From the NCBI GenBank assembly GCA_001642005.1, contig LWCA01000013.1, forward strand, positions 23,582 to 87,581: a stretch of DNA of 64,000 nt, read 5' to 3'. The translations under genes were made by a program, and so were the position numbers. This DNA comes from Intoshia linei (Eukaryota; Animalia; Orthonectida). This document shows positions 62,181-64,000 of the stretch, in pieces (positions within the stretch are counted from its first letter, which is position 1; every line of letters starts with the position of its first letter). A model generated the notes under the pieces. It saw only the letters and a list, made by a program, of their open reading frames with translations, had not been told where the DNA came from and searched no databases.

Positions 62181-63336
62181 TTTATTAATTAAAAAACTTT
62201 ATATATAATGTTATTGATATTGTAAATGTAAAATCAAAATAAAACTAAACTAAAACCCAACCAAGTATAAATGAAAGCTTGAATTATAAATTTGTACGAA
62301 TTTGTATAAGTTTAATTCACAGAATCAAAGAAATTTAACAGATATCAAACTATCATGTTGATTCTATTATATTATGATTATAATATAATACATGCCATTA
62401 TCCTATATTAAGAATTTCTAAAGTTGGATTATTTTTCAACGGTCGCATTAACACACAAGTTTAAATGGATATTCCCAAATGTCTACTCCAGATTAGTAAA
62501 AATTAAAATGCATGTTTGTTAAAATTTTATTTATCAAGAATTGGGAATATTTAACAATGACTGGAATATAAATTCAACATTTACATCTAGTTCAAAATTT
62601 GAAATCAAAACAATCTGAAAAAATACAAAATAATTCAAATTGAGGAATTAAATAACATTCTTTAATCAACATTTTTCAAAACAATTACATTATGGGGCCG
62701 AGTCAATACAGGCTACAAATCAAGGTCAAATTTATGCATTGTCAAGTAATATATTAGAGACGTTGATAAAATTACATAAAATTTAAAAATTTTACCGTTT
62801 CGTTTTCAAGTAGACTGTCATTTTCACACAAATCAGACTTTATCATAATAATTAAAAATATTCGAATTATTTGTACATATATTTGCTAGAAACAATTTAC
62901 TTTAAGTCAATAAACAAGTCGATTTTAATAAAATACAAATTTAAAATATTTATAAATCGATTATAAAAATATTTAAATTCTGATCTCTCTGCGTTTCCAA
63001 TGTAGTTTACGTTTTTACATGGTTCCATATCCTAATTAATACTAATTTATTTATAAATAGATACATTTTATACATAAAATATTGTAAAACAACTAAAAAT
63101 TAAATATAATTTTAAATTTTTACACAAGTATATCAATAATGTGTATCGTATATATTTACATTTATTAATGTCATAATAATTTTGCATTCAGTACATACTT
63201 GTTACCATATGGATAATGTCCGTTACACGCGTTTTATGTATAAATATGGATATATTCTTTCTTGGGGACTTGATTTAAAATGATAAATAAAATGATAGCT
63301 ATCATCCCTATAAAATCTATATTATAGATTCTATAC

Positions 63337-63495
63337 CAGGGGTAGGCAACCTTTTTTAAACCAAAACATTTTACGAGCCCATTTTTGAAAATTTACACAT
63401 GATACATTTCAATTTTAATTGAAGTGAAACGATTCTAATATATTCAAAAAAATGAAATTCGGGCGATCTGAAAATTCAGCATTAAAATGATTATA
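63337..63495. mobile_element. Truncated hAT MITE family A
   Basis: caggggtaggcaacc start and internal similarity to 26735-27034. Confidence 0.7.
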
Positions 63496-63575
63496 GAGAT
63501 TTTCAACCTTTAACGTAACTTTTTCACAAATAGAGTTGCTATTGCATCCGATATCATTTCTTTTTTAACCTTTAT

Positions 63576-63887
63576 CGTTTTTATATGAAAATTTGAATGC
63601 ATAAAATTACATTAAACTTATATTGTCAAATTAAATTAAATGTTTTTAATTTGATATATAATTTAATTTATTGTTAATTTTAATAATTTGTTCAAATGAA
63701 ATTATGTACTGTATATAAATTAGTCATCTAAATGAAACGTTATGCAATTTATATTTAAAAAATATAATTACTAACCACACAATTATATTATTAATTAATT
63801 AATTATATATCAAATTAAAAACATTTAATGTAATTTAACAAAATAAATGATATAATTTTATGCATTCAAATTTTCATATATAAACGA
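63576..63887. repeat. AT-rich inverted repeat (probable MITE)
   Basis: cgtttttatatgaaaatttgaatgcataaaatta ... taattttatgcattcaaattttcatatataaacg. Confidence 0.65.
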
Positions 63888-64000
63888 AAATCTTTCAACT
63901 GTAGAAATGAGACCCCGTCTGTCATAACCAGCAATGACATAAATTAAATTCTATATTTGATTAAGTTCAATTAAAATGGGTTACTTACTTTAAAGACGGT

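Overview
This is very AT-rich, intron-containing animal DNA, not prokaryotic. Many introns are only 36-39 nt and the proteins are strongly diverged, which fits a compact parasite genome such as the orthonectid Intoshia (inference, not verified). Seven spliced or single-exon genes were rebuilt by hand from GT-AG junctions: condensin I subunit NCAPD2 (-, runs off the left edge), an Eph receptor (+), a divergent Sema-domain transmembrane protein (-, tail-to-tail with Eph), CHMP1 (+), ORC1 (+, single exon, no BAH domain), RNA Pol III largest subunit POLR3A (-, tail-to-tail with ORC1) and a 13-exon SLC29/ENT nucleoside transporter (-). Introns and intergenic space hold non-autonomous Helitrons, hAT relics and MITEs with 8-bp TSDs, an IR/DR Tc1 relic and a 9-bp-TSD element. 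The most notable observation is that the Eph kinase looks catalytically dead (HRD to YKN, DFG to NFK). The intron that splits its catalytic loop holds a candidate 39-nt in-frame exon encoding a second, Asp-bearing copy of that loop, and the gene abuts a semaphorin-like gene.
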